Of a stretch of 15,641 bases of DNA, positions 1-7,697 are shown one piece after another. The stretch's first letter is position 1, and the number at the start of each line of letters is the position of its first letter. Source of the DNA: an uncultured Oligoflexus sp. GTDB taxonomy: Bacteria > Bdellovibrionota_B > Oligoflexia > Oligoflexales > Oligoflexaceae. The stretch lies in assembly GCA_964236955.1 (NCBI GenBank), contig CAXSGP010000105.1, positions 1 to 15,641 on the forward strand, written 5' to 3'. The notes beneath the pieces are model-generated. The model was given only the letters and a program-made list of their open reading frames with translations, had not been told where the DNA came from and made no database searches. The position numbers were made by a program, and so were the translations under genes.

Positions 1-954
1 GAGACCCGTGGCATCGGTTTTGGCAGCAATGCCTAGACCCATAAGCTGTACCGTGACACCTGCCAGGGGATAGATCTTGCCTTCGGAAGGATTCGAACGC
101 ACGTCCATCACCTGGATGGCCGTATCGCGATAGGTCGGCGTTTCGTCTGCGTAGACAAAGCGTTTGCGCTGGGCCTCATCGTTATCCTTGGTTCTGTGAA
201 CCTGAAGACTAGCCTCGGCTATGCTGAGATCAGCGCTGTTATGAACCGCGGCTGCGCCACCGATCATTTGCGCGAAGCTTTCCGGCATCTTCAGGCCGCT
301 AAGACGTTCGCTGCTGAGATCGGCCAGCAGACCTTTGCCCGTGGCTTCGCCCACCACCACAGGAAGTATGTACATTTCATTGGCGTAGACAAAATAGATT
401 TCGGTTTTCCCCTGCTGAAGACCCCGAAAGCGTCTGCCGTCCCACTGCACGCGCGATGCATCACGCAAAAAGACCTGTGGTATACTTCCCAATCCTTGCA
501 CGCTGACGCTGGCTTCGCCGCCCTTTGACGCTAGATTGAGAACGGCAGGCTCGATCTGCAAACGCCCCCCCACGACACTGAGACGGATAAGGTCCTCACC
601 GCCCTGGATCGTGGCTGCCGCTTGGGATTGGGAAAGACTCGTGGGGCGACCGAGGAACTCATTGTTCAAAAGACGCTCGGCTTCCGCCAGGATTGCGTCC
701 TCTTCGCTTTTCTCTTCGGCCTTATGGGGAATTTTTTTCCCAGGATTTTGCCCAAACTGCTCGTGCAGCGTAGCCTTGGCTTCCGAGCCCAGCAAAGGGT
801 CGGTTTCAGGCAGGCTGCCTATCGTTTGCGGGATGGCCCGCAACAGGTCGCTACTGTTATAAAAATCGGCTGATTGCGCAGAAATCGAAGACGCCCATAC
901 GATCCCAAGCAGCGCCTGGATATAGTAGCTTCGATTAATCTTGCCAATGGCCAT
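1..954 (-). CDS. Secreted/surface protein, 3' end outside the window; possible Ig-like segment and start of a carboxypeptidase-regulatory-like beta-sandwich domain
   Basis: I read the minus frame manually: there is no stop from ATG 954 to position 1 (318 codons). SD-like AAGGTGATC lies 6 nt upstream. The N-terminus MAIGKINRSYYIQALLGIVWASSISAQS resembles a signal peptide. The last residues IYPLAGVTVQLMGLGIAAKTDATGL match the 'PL.GV.V.......TD..G' pattern of carboxypeptidase-regulatory-like domains. An alternative in-frame ATG exists at 1071. Confidence 0.75.
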   Translation of the reverse strand, partial: MAIGKINRSYYIQALLGIVWASSISAQSADFYNSSDLLRAIPQTIGSLPETDPLLGSEAKATLHEQFGQNPGKKIPHKAEEKSEEDAILAEAERLLNNEFLGRPTSLSQSQAAATIQGGEDLIRLSVVGGRLQIEPAVLNLASKGGEASVSVQGLGSIPQVFLRDASRVQWDGRRFRGLQQGKTEIYFVYANEMYILPVVVGEATGKGLLADLSSERLSGLKMPESFAQMIGGAAAVHNSADLSIAEASLQVHRTKDNDEAQRKRFVYADETPTYRDTAIQVMDVRSNPSEGKIYPLAGVTVQLMGLGIAAKTDATGL

Positions 955-989
955 GTAGCGGATCACCTTTTTACGTTTAACCTCATACC

Positions 990-1017
990 TGATCGGCGTA
1001 TTTTGCAAAAGCCTTGA
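990..1017 (-). promoter_or_regulatory. Putative sigma-28 (FliA) promoter
   Basis: The minus strand reads TCAAG-N15-GCCGATCA, ending 35 nt before ATG 954. The consensus is T(A/C)AAG-N14-GCCGATAA. The spacer contains the palindrome TTTTGCAAAA (1001-1010). Confidence 0.55.
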
Positions 1018-1154
1018 TGTAAAATCAGCCCAGTCGACTCTTTGTGAGCCTCGCTGAGCATAGCCTGCCATTATTAAGAAAAGGATAGGAATAAGGAAAG
1101 ACTAATTTTTGTGAAAAGCCCCAAGTTTCAGAAAAGATTTTAGCAAATCACCTT

Positions 1155-1751
1155 TTACATGCTGGCGAGTTTATCTCTCAACTTTGTTGGCAGGGTCTCT
1201 AAGACGAGAAGGTGGAGAAGGCTTTGATGCGAGCGCTCGGCGGGGATGAGGCCGAGGTCGAGTTCCCAGGCTTCAAGTAGACTGCGGGCGGCTGGAATCG
1301 ATGCGGCCTGGCGGGCTTCGAGTTCGATACAGCTCACTTTTTTGTCTCGATAGGCGGCTTGATAATAAACAATTTCTATTTCATCAAAATAAAAAACCTG
1401 GACCCGCTTGCTTAAAGACCCTGACCATTCCATGCCAAAAGGCTCTAAAAAAGCCCGAATAGCTTCCGCTTGGTTGGATTCAACAGTCAGATCCAGATTG
1501 ATTTCCAGCCGGATCTCACTGGCGCGACTGCTGACACTTTTGGTCGTCAGCTGCTGAATAAGACCGTCGTAGCGATGACGATACACCAGATGGGGCATCA
1601 TCTGCAGAAGGAAATAGGTATCGGCCACGTGAGTTTCGTACTCTTTGCTCGGACCGAGCGCACGGACTTTGGCAAAAAAGACTGTAGGGTCAAAATCTTC
1701 TGCAAGTACGAACTTATGCTCGATCTCTAAAAAACGAGTGGCCTTGCTCAC
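1155..1751 (-). CDS. CYTH (triphosphate tunnel metalloenzyme / class IV adenylate cyclase-like) domain protein
   Basis: N-terminal ExExK motif (EIEHK), then DTYF, RHR, LTTK, RLE, SKR and IELE in the order typical of CYTH proteins. 198 aa, GTG start. Confidence 0.8.
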   Translation of the reverse strand: MSKATRFLEIEHKFVLAEDFDPTVFFAKVRALGPSKEYETHVADTYFLLQMMPHLVYRHRYDGLIQQLTTKSVSSRASEIRLEINLDLTVESNQAEAIRAFLEPFGMEWSGSLSKRVQVFYFDEIEIVYYQAAYRDKKVSCIELEARQAASIPAARSLLEAWELDLGLIPAERSHQSLLHLLVLETLPTKLRDKLASM

Positions 1752-1762
1752 GCGCCAACTTT

Positions 1763-3181
1763 CTAATTAAGAGTTTGCACGGTAAAAAGGTTGGACGCCT
1801 CTTTGCCCAGTGAAGACAGGGTCAGCGACACGAAAACGTAACGCTCATTGGATTTGATCCAGCTCTTATGAAGGAGAAAGTTTTTGGCTAACGACGTTAC
1901 AATTTCGATATCGGGCGGTGCATCCAAAAGGATGCCGACGACACCCCGGACCAGTCGCAGGCGACGAATCACATCGGGCGACGTCGTCAGGGCGATGATC
2001 GGAGTCCGGCTGCCGTAAGAGGCCAAGTGCAACGCGGTGTTGCCGGTCCTCGTCATACAGACGATGGCCTTGGCCTGATTGCGATAGGCGGCGCGATAAG
2101 CCGACGAGGTCACCGCTTCGATTTCATTGGTGATGTCAGGATGTTTTTTCACCCAGTTCATCGATGGACCACCGGCGGTAAACTCGGCTTCCTCGATCGT
2201 TTTAATCGCCAGCATCAGGCCACGCTGGGCGTACTTGCCATAGGCAAGGGCTTCGGAAAGAACCACGGCATCGGCACCATCAAAGACCGCGTTGGCGATG
2301 TCGGAAACTTCGGCACGGGTCGGCGTTACGTTGTAGCGCATCGAGCCCAGCATCTCGCTGGCAACGACCGAAATCTTTGCGTAGTCGTTGCATTTTTGAA
2401 TGATTTCTTTAGTAATCATGGGTACTTGAGCCGGATCCATATGCATCGCGAGGGAGATCCGGGAAATTAAAACACCCCGAACGAAGGGCAGGAGCTCGTC
2501 CAGTTTATCAAGGGTCGCCTGGGTGGAAACCTTCATCATGATCCAGGGGCAGTAAGGCTGCGACTGGAGTTTGGTGATAATCTTTTCCAATTCGATCGGA
2601 TCTTCGAACGAGGGCAAAATAAGATAATCGATCGCAGGTTCGGCAGCCGCGCGATAGGCCTCAGGAATATTCTCAAGCTTCAACGGCTTGACAGTTGCCG
2701 GCACCTGAACATCGGCTTCGGGATAGATCGTCCCGCCCTGAATGATATCAAGGACAACGTGATCCTTTTGCATCGACTTTACCTTGGCGACGACCATGCC
2801 ATTACCGAGGTAGACCGATTGATTTTTGGCAAATAGATCAGGCCATTCCTCAGTCCGAATGACCAGATCCCCCTTGCCGCCGAGAGTGGCGATCTTGAGT
2901 TCATCACCAAAAGCAAGATCTTTGGGACCTTCTAGGTCGGCAATCGACCCACGCACGTGATCATAAAGATCAACCAGTAGCGGCAGGCGCTCACGGGCAC
3001 CAGACACTTCCGATTTAATGCGCCGACAGAATTGCAAAACCTTATCGATTTCACCTTTTTCCGAAACGATACGCAACGCATCGACCTTGTTGACGTCGAG
3101 ACTGCTTAAAAGCTGATCGTTCAAACACGAGCTATCAAATGACCAAATGACATGAGTTCTACGTTGCTTTTCGATATCCAT
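1763..3181 (-). CDS. Pyruvate kinase-like protein with degenerate active site (probable pseudo-enzyme)
   Basis: Full-length PK layout of 472 aa: N-terminal RRT, KEIIQKCN, PTRAEVSDIANAVFDGADAVVLS, and C-domain AKAIVCMTRTGNTA...PIIALT...RRLRLVRGV. Catalytic motifs are altered (see findings). SD AGGAG lies upstream of ATG 3181. Confidence 0.88.
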   Translation of the reverse strand: MDIEKQRRTHVIWSFDSSCLNDQLLSSLDVNKVDALRIVSEKGEIDKVLQFCRRIKSEVSGARERLPLLVDLYDHVRGSIADLEGPKDLAFGDELKIATLGGKGDLVIRTEEWPDLFAKNQSVYLGNGMVVAKVKSMQKDHVVLDIIQGGTIYPEADVQVPATVKPLKLENIPEAYRAAAEPAIDYLILPSFEDPIELEKIITKLQSQPYCPWIMMKVSTQATLDKLDELLPFVRGVLISRISLAMHMDPAQVPMITKEIIQKCNDYAKISVVASEMLGSMRYNVTPTRAEVSDIANAVFDGADAVVLSEALAYGKYAQRGLMLAIKTIEEAEFTAGGPSMNWVKKHPDITNEIEAVTSSAYRAAYRNQAKAIVCMTRTGNTALHLASYGSRTPIIALTTSPDVIRRLRLVRGVVGILLDAPPDIEIVTSLAKNFLLHKSWIKSNERYVFVSLTLSSLGKEASNLFTVQTLN

Positions 3182-3231
3182 AGATCGCTAATACTCCTAG
3201 AAGACGACAATGCGAACACTTGTGCGACCGG

Positions 3232-4086
3232 CTAGGCCTGACGTCCAAGCGCCTCTCCCATACGAATGGGTCGGCTTGGCCAAGCTTTGTCCATACGATA
3301 CCCGTTCGCCAGAGCCTCGTCAAAAGCAATGATTACTGTTGATCCCAGGAGAAAAGTTCCCAGCTCCTGACCCGCCTTAATCGACTGGGGCTGATCAAGA
3401 CAGAAAATCTGTTGGCTTTCGGTTTTGAGCGGACTCTTGTTCGTTGCAAAGTGGGGGAGGAAAGGGCTGGTCATCTTGCCAACATTGAGAGCCCCGACCA
3501 TCGCCAGATAAAGAGTGCCGCCGGCAGTCTCGAGATCAAAAACCAGGCGTTCATTTCTTGTAAACAAGCGCGGCGTAAATCCGACCGAAGGTCTATTTAC
3601 CGGCCAGAGTTCACCGGGATAGTAGCGGATGGTTTTCAAGATCGCGCTGATCGGGCTATGGACCCTATGGTAATTGTGAGGGGCAAGGTAGATCGTTGCC
3701 CAAAACTTCAGGCTGATCGCCTCGGCCGGGTCGTTGCCAAACATCAATTCCTTGAGGGAATAGGTCAGGCCCTTGGCTTGGATGGCCGTGGCATTCTCAG
3801 ACAGACCTGAGATGCTGAGGAGACCATCAGCCGGACTGCATAGTTCGCCCGAAATCGGTCGGGCGCCGGGTTTGAGGCGACGCGTGAAAAAATCTTCGAT
3901 CGAAGGATAATCGTCTGGAGGCATCTCGGCCTCGTCGATATCGATGCCAAAAATTTTGGCGAAACCCTTATTCAAAGGCTTTTGCAGAGCTGGCGGCAAA
4001 GCCGTCTCCGAAATCTTGCCAGTCAACCAGCTCAGGGCATTAAGGGGCAAGATACGGGCAAGACCGTTCGTCATGGGTACACGCAA
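3232..4086 (-). CDS. psd: Phosphatidylserine decarboxylase proenzyme
   Basis: FFTRRLKPGARP, SPADG, YLAPHNYHRVHSP, RNER, VGALNVG and the LGST autocleavage/pyruvoyl motif. AAGGAG lies 8 nt before TTG 4086; ATG 4074 is an alternative start. Confidence 0.93.
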   Translation of the reverse strand: MRVPMTNGLARILPLNALSWLTGKISETALPPALQKPLNKGFAKIFGIDIDEAEMPPDDYPSIEDFFTRRLKPGARPISGELCSPADGLLSISGLSENATAIQAKGLTYSLKELMFGNDPAEAISLKFWATIYLAPHNYHRVHSPISAILKTIRYYPGELWPVNRPSVGFTPRLFTRNERLVFDLETAGGTLYLAMVGALNVGKMTSPFLPHFATNKSPLKTESQQIFCLDQPQSIKAGQELGTFLLGSTVIIAFDEALANGYRMDKAWPSRPIRMGEALGRQA

Positions 4087-4104
4087 GCTTTCATCTCCTT
4101 CAGG

Positions 4105-5484
4105 CTAGGCTCTGACTTCGGCACTATCGGGGTAGGTCCGGGTATTAGGGTGATTTATACCCTGATATTGCGCAAAAGTCTCGCGCGCCAAGCGGGCCTG
4201 CTCGGCCTTCCTTGCCATTTTGCTTTGACCGCGGCGCTTCGCCTGCGTCGGGAGCAGGCCGAGGTTGGTGTTCATCGGTTGAAAATCGCCAAGCCCCCCT
4301 TCGGTCACATACTGCTTGAGAGCTCCGATCATACATCCGCTCGGCGGCATGGGAAAAACCTGTTGCCGGGCTTTGGCCGCTGCGGCCCGTCCCGCTAAGA
4401 GGCCAAGTGCCGCCGATTCCGTATAGCCCTCGACGCCCGAAATCTGCCCGGCGAGAAAGATCCGCGGCGAAGCCTTAAAGGATAGATCCGAAGCCAGGAC
4501 ATCCGGACTTTTCAGATAGGTGTTGCGATGCACGGAGCCATAGCGGAAAAACTCAAGCTCTTTTAAGCCCGGTATCATCTGAAACACCCGCTTTTGCTCC
4601 GGCCATTTCATCTTGGTCTGAAAACCAACCATAGAGACCATCGAGCCCTGTTTGTTTTCAAGACGAAGCTGCACCGCTGCGTAGGGCCAGCGGCCGGTAC
4701 GGGGATCGGTAAGGCCGACCGGCTTCATTGGCCCAAAGCGCAGCGTTTCACGCCCCCGCTCGATCATGACCTCGATGGGCAGACAGGCTTCAAAGTATTT
4801 AACTTCTTCAAATTCATGCAAAGGCATTTTTTCAGCCGCCGTCACCGCATCGATGAAGGCATAGTACTCCTCTTTGTTGAGGGGCAGATTCCAATAATCG
4901 CCCGCGCTCCCCTCTTCATAGCGATTGGCCTTGAAGGCAATCGTCGTATCGATTGAATCCATCTCCAGCACCGGTGCGATCGCATCATAAAAGTGCAGGC
5001 GCCGGCCTTCCGGAGCCATAGCCTGCAGCGCCTCGGCCAGACTATCGGAAGTCAAGGGGCCGCTCGCGACGATCCAGACGTCACAAGTGGCTTCGAGTTC
5101 CGCCGGACTCGGTAGGCTGGTGATTTCCTGGGCGATGCGTTCAAAATGAGGAAAGCTCTCAAGCGCCTCAAGGACAGCTTTGGAAAAAAGTGTGCGCTCG
5201 ACAGCTAGAGCCATACCTGCTGGCACCGCCGCTGCTTTTGCGGCGCGAATAATCAGGGAATCAAGCTGCTCCATCTCGGCCTTTAGAAGCCCTGGAGCGG
5301 AATCAGGCAGGGTCGATTTGAGGGAATTGGAGCAGACAAGCTCTGCCAGATCTCCCGACTGGTGAGCGGCTGTCATCTTCAGAGGCCGCATTTCATAAAG
5401 CCGGACCTTTAGGCCGGCTCTTAGACATTGCCAGGCGGCTTCACTGCCGGCCAATCCACCACCAATAATATGAATGATACTCAT
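4105..5484 (-). CDS. trmFO: Methylenetetrahydrofolate-tRNA-(uracil-5-)-methyltransferase TrmFO (Gid)
   Basis: GGGLAGSEAAWQ FAD motif, ELVCSNS, FYDAIAP, FEACLPIE, RFGPMKPVGL, HRNTY, AGQISGVEGY, FQPMN. SD AAGGAG upstream. Confidence 0.96.
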   Translation of the reverse strand: MSIIHIIGGGLAGSEAAWQCLRAGLKVRLYEMRPLKMTAAHQSGDLAELVCSNSLKSTLPDSAPGLLKAEMEQLDSLIIRAAKAAAVPAGMALAVERTLFSKAVLEALESFPHFERIAQEITSLPSPAELEATCDVWIVASGPLTSDSLAEALQAMAPEGRRLHFYDAIAPVLEMDSIDTTIAFKANRYEEGSAGDYWNLPLNKEEYYAFIDAVTAAEKMPLHEFEEVKYFEACLPIEVMIERGRETLRFGPMKPVGLTDPRTGRWPYAAVQLRLENKQGSMVSMVGFQTKMKWPEQKRVFQMIPGLKELEFFRYGSVHRNTYLKSPDVLASDLSFKASPRIFLAGQISGVEGYTESAALGLLAGRAAAAKARQQVFPMPPSGCMIGALKQYVTEGGLGDFQPMNTNLGLLPTQAKRRGQSKMARKAEQARLARETFAQYQGINHPNTRTYPDSAEVRA

Positions 5485-5505
5485 AAACCACGCTCCTTTG
5501 CTCTT

Positions 5506-5564
5506 CCCAGGCCCCCCCCTTACGCGAGGGTGGGCGCTTGGGTCCTACGGTTGGCTTTATAACA
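5506..5564 (-). promoter_or_regulatory. Candidate extended -10 promoter and GC-rich leader hairpin ahead of trmFO
   Basis: Minus-strand TGtTATAAA (5556-5564), then the imperfect stem-loop CCCAAGCGCCCACCCT-CGCGTA-AGGGGGGGGCCTGGG (5506-5542), just before the SD. Confidence 0.4.
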
Positions 5565-5615
5565 AAACCTGGCCGTGGAACCCAGGCGGAACATAAAAAG
5601 TCGAACCGAAGAGGT

Positions 5616-6374
5616 CTAGATATGAGCCGCAATTTTTACAGTTTTACCAAACTCCAGGGGATCGAGCGAGGCACCCCCAATCAAGGCGCCATCGACGTTG
5701 GGCTGGCCTAAGAGGCCCTGAATATTGGAGGATTTAACACTCCCTCCATAAAGAATACGAAGGCGATCGGCCAAAGCCCCATGCTTTTGACGCACAAAAG
5801 CCCGGATTAAAGCATGCGCCTCGTCGGCCTGGGCATCGCTGGCAGTCAAACCCGTACCTATTGCCCATACCGGTTCATAGGCAATCGTCAGGTCCGACTG
5901 ATCGTTACAAACCTCAAGGATAGCTGCCATCTGCCTTTGCAAAACCTCGACCATACGTCCGGCTTCGCGCTCTTCGCGCGTCTCCCCCACACAAACGATC
6001 GGACTGATGGCCGACGCCAGCGCCGCTTTGGTCTTGGCGGCAACCGAGCTGTCAGTCTCGTTATAGTATTGGCGTCTTTCGCTATGCCCGATCAATGCCC
6101 AACGAATGCCAAGGTCTTGCAGCATGGGAAGCGAAATCTCACCGGTAAAGGCCCCTTCGGATTTATCGTGAATCGTTTGCGACGCGATCATCACACCGGC
6201 CCGCTGCGCCTGCTCGCGGGCCACGGGCAAAAACGGGGAAGGTACGGCTAAGAGCATATCAACCCGGTTACGATCGACCCCCTTAAGGGCCTCCTCAAGA
6301 GCCGTAAAATAGCCAGGAACCTTTGAACTGAGGAGATTCATTTTCCAATTGCCGGCAATCAGTGGCTTACGCAT
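5616..6374 (-). CDS. tpiA: Triosephosphate isomerase
   Basis: AGNWKMN, GAFTGEIS, IGHSERR, AYEPVWAIGTG, LYGGSV, GGASL; catalytic K, H and E present. SD AGGAG. Confidence 0.98.
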   Translation of the reverse strand: MRKPLIAGNWKMNLLSSKVPGYFTALEEALKGVDRNRVDMLLAVPSPFLPVAREQAQRAGVMIASQTIHDKSEGAFTGEISLPMLQDLGIRWALIGHSERRQYYNETDSSVAAKTKAALASAISPIVCVGETREEREAGRMVEVLQRQMAAILEVCNDQSDLTIAYEPVWAIGTGLTASDAQADEAHALIRAFVRQKHGALADRLRILYGGSVKSSNIQGLLGQPNVDGALIGGASLDPLEFGKTVKIAAHI

Positions 6375-6399
6375 AGCGTCGTTCTCCTGCTGTTCTTTT

Positions 6400-7587
6400 T
6401 TATTTTAAAAGTACTTTAACCCCAGGCAGCATCGTGCCTTCCAAAAATTCCAGCGACGCACCGCCACCGGTCGAAATGTGATCGATGCGATTGGCAACCT
6501 TGGCCTTATTTGCCGCGGCAACACTATCGCCGCCGCCGATCACGGTGAAGGCGCTGCTATCGGCCATCGCTTCGGCGATGCGCAGACTGCCGCGTGCGAA
6601 TTGATCAAATTCAAAAACGCCCATAGGTCCGTTCCAAAGCACGGTCTTCGACAGGGCAATGATGTCGGCATAACGCTTGGCGGTTTTCCGACCAATGTCG
6701 AGGCCCATCAAACCTTTGGGAATATTCTTGCTATTGATTTCAACGGCCACCGCATCTTTTGAGAATTTTTCAGCGGCGACATGATCTTCAGGCAGAACGA
6801 TTTCCACCTTGCGGGCCTCAGCGTTCTTATAAATCGATGCGACAAGATCAAGTTTATCGTGCTCGACTCGTGAGTCACCGACTTCAACGCCTTGATACTT
6901 GAGGAAGGTGTAGGCCATGGCGCCGCCGACGAGGAGGTAGTTGGCCGATTGCATCAAATTGAGCACAACGCTGATCTTATCGGAGACTTTCGAGCCGCCC
7001 ATGACCACGGTGAAGGGCGCAGTCGGTTTTTTTTGAAGAGCCGAAAGGACTTCGATTTCGCGCTCAACGAGCAGCCCCGCTGCGCGTTTTTGAGCCGGGA
7101 AAAATTCCGCGGCAGCGACGACCGAGGCATGCGCGCGATGCAAGGTTCCGAAAGCATCGTTTACGTAGCAGTCAAAACCCTGCGCCAATTGCCGGGCAAA
7201 GGTCGGGTCGTTTTTAGTTTCGCCGGCATGAAAGCGCAGGTTTTCATAGAGTATAATCTGGTTTTTGCTCAGCTGATTTAATACGTGTTCCGAGGGTTCG
7301 TGGGTATAATCCTTAACAAAGACGACCTCAAGCCCAAGCAGTTCCGCCAGGCGCTCGCCGATCGGCTCAAGCGAATATTCGGGCATGACCTCACCATCGG
7401 GCCGACCGAGGTGAGACATGAGCGCAATTTTTTTGGTGTGTTCTAAAAGATAACGAAGCGTCGGCAAAGCCGCAGTGATACGGGTATCGTCGGTGATCTT
7501 GCCGTGGTCGAGAGGAACGTTTAGATCGAGTCGGACGAGGACTTTTTTGTCTTTAAGTTCGAGTTCACTGAGCTTACGAAATTCCAT
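6400..7587 (-). CDS. pgk: Phosphoglycerate kinase
   Basis: RLDLNVP, SHLGRP, ENLRF, NDAFGTLHRAHAS, GGSKVSDKI, WNGPMGVFE, GGGDS, HISTGGGASLEFLEG. Start moved from 7680 to ATG 7587 (MEFRKL), which has SD GAGGAG and gives the usual ~395 aa. Confidence 0.97.
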   Translation of the reverse strand: MEFRKLSELELKDKKVLVRLDLNVPLDHGKITDDTRITAALPTLRYLLEHTKKIALMSHLGRPDGEVMPEYSLEPIGERLAELLGLEVVFVKDYTHEPSEHVLNQLSKNQIILYENLRFHAGETKNDPTFARQLAQGFDCYVNDAFGTLHRAHASVVAAAEFFPAQKRAAGLLVEREIEVLSALQKKPTAPFTVVMGGSKVSDKISVVLNLMQSANYLLVGGAMAYTFLKYQGVEVGDSRVEHDKLDLVASIYKNAEARKVEIVLPEDHVAAEKFSKDAVAVEINSKNIPKGLMGLDIGRKTAKRYADIIALSKTVLWNGPMGVFEFDQFARGSLRIAEAMADSSAFTVIGGGDSVAAANKAKVANRIDHISTGGGASLEFLEGTMLPGVKVLLK

Positions 7588-7697
7588 GGGTGCTCCTCTA
7601 CGGGACAGGCAAGCCGGTTGCATGGACCGAGCGTTGCGATTAGACTCAGGCAAACATACAGGCTCGGCAAACTCTTGCAAGCGAAAGAGACAATATT

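Noticed and set aside
1102..1157. Imperfect AT-rich inverted repeat (TTTTGTGAAA...TTTCAGAAAA) and a second SD-like AAGGTGAT right after the CYTH stop
   Set aside because: Half-site spacing does not fit a CRP box and the stem is weak. The SD-like sequence abuts a TTG that opens only 14 codons.
2921..2938. DLEGPK in the PK-like protein resembles the canonical DLQGPKIR motif
   Set aside because: It lies 11 residues after the beta-strand Asp (PLLVD) and is followed by DLAFGDEL, matching the B-domain entry 'GPVELKKGDEV'. It lacks the IR, so it probably does not restore the motif. A structural model would settle this.
7588..7680. 31-residue N-terminal extension of Pgk
   Set aside because: ATG 7587 has SD GAGGAG and matches the normal Pgk start. 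The extension would fill the divergent promoter region.
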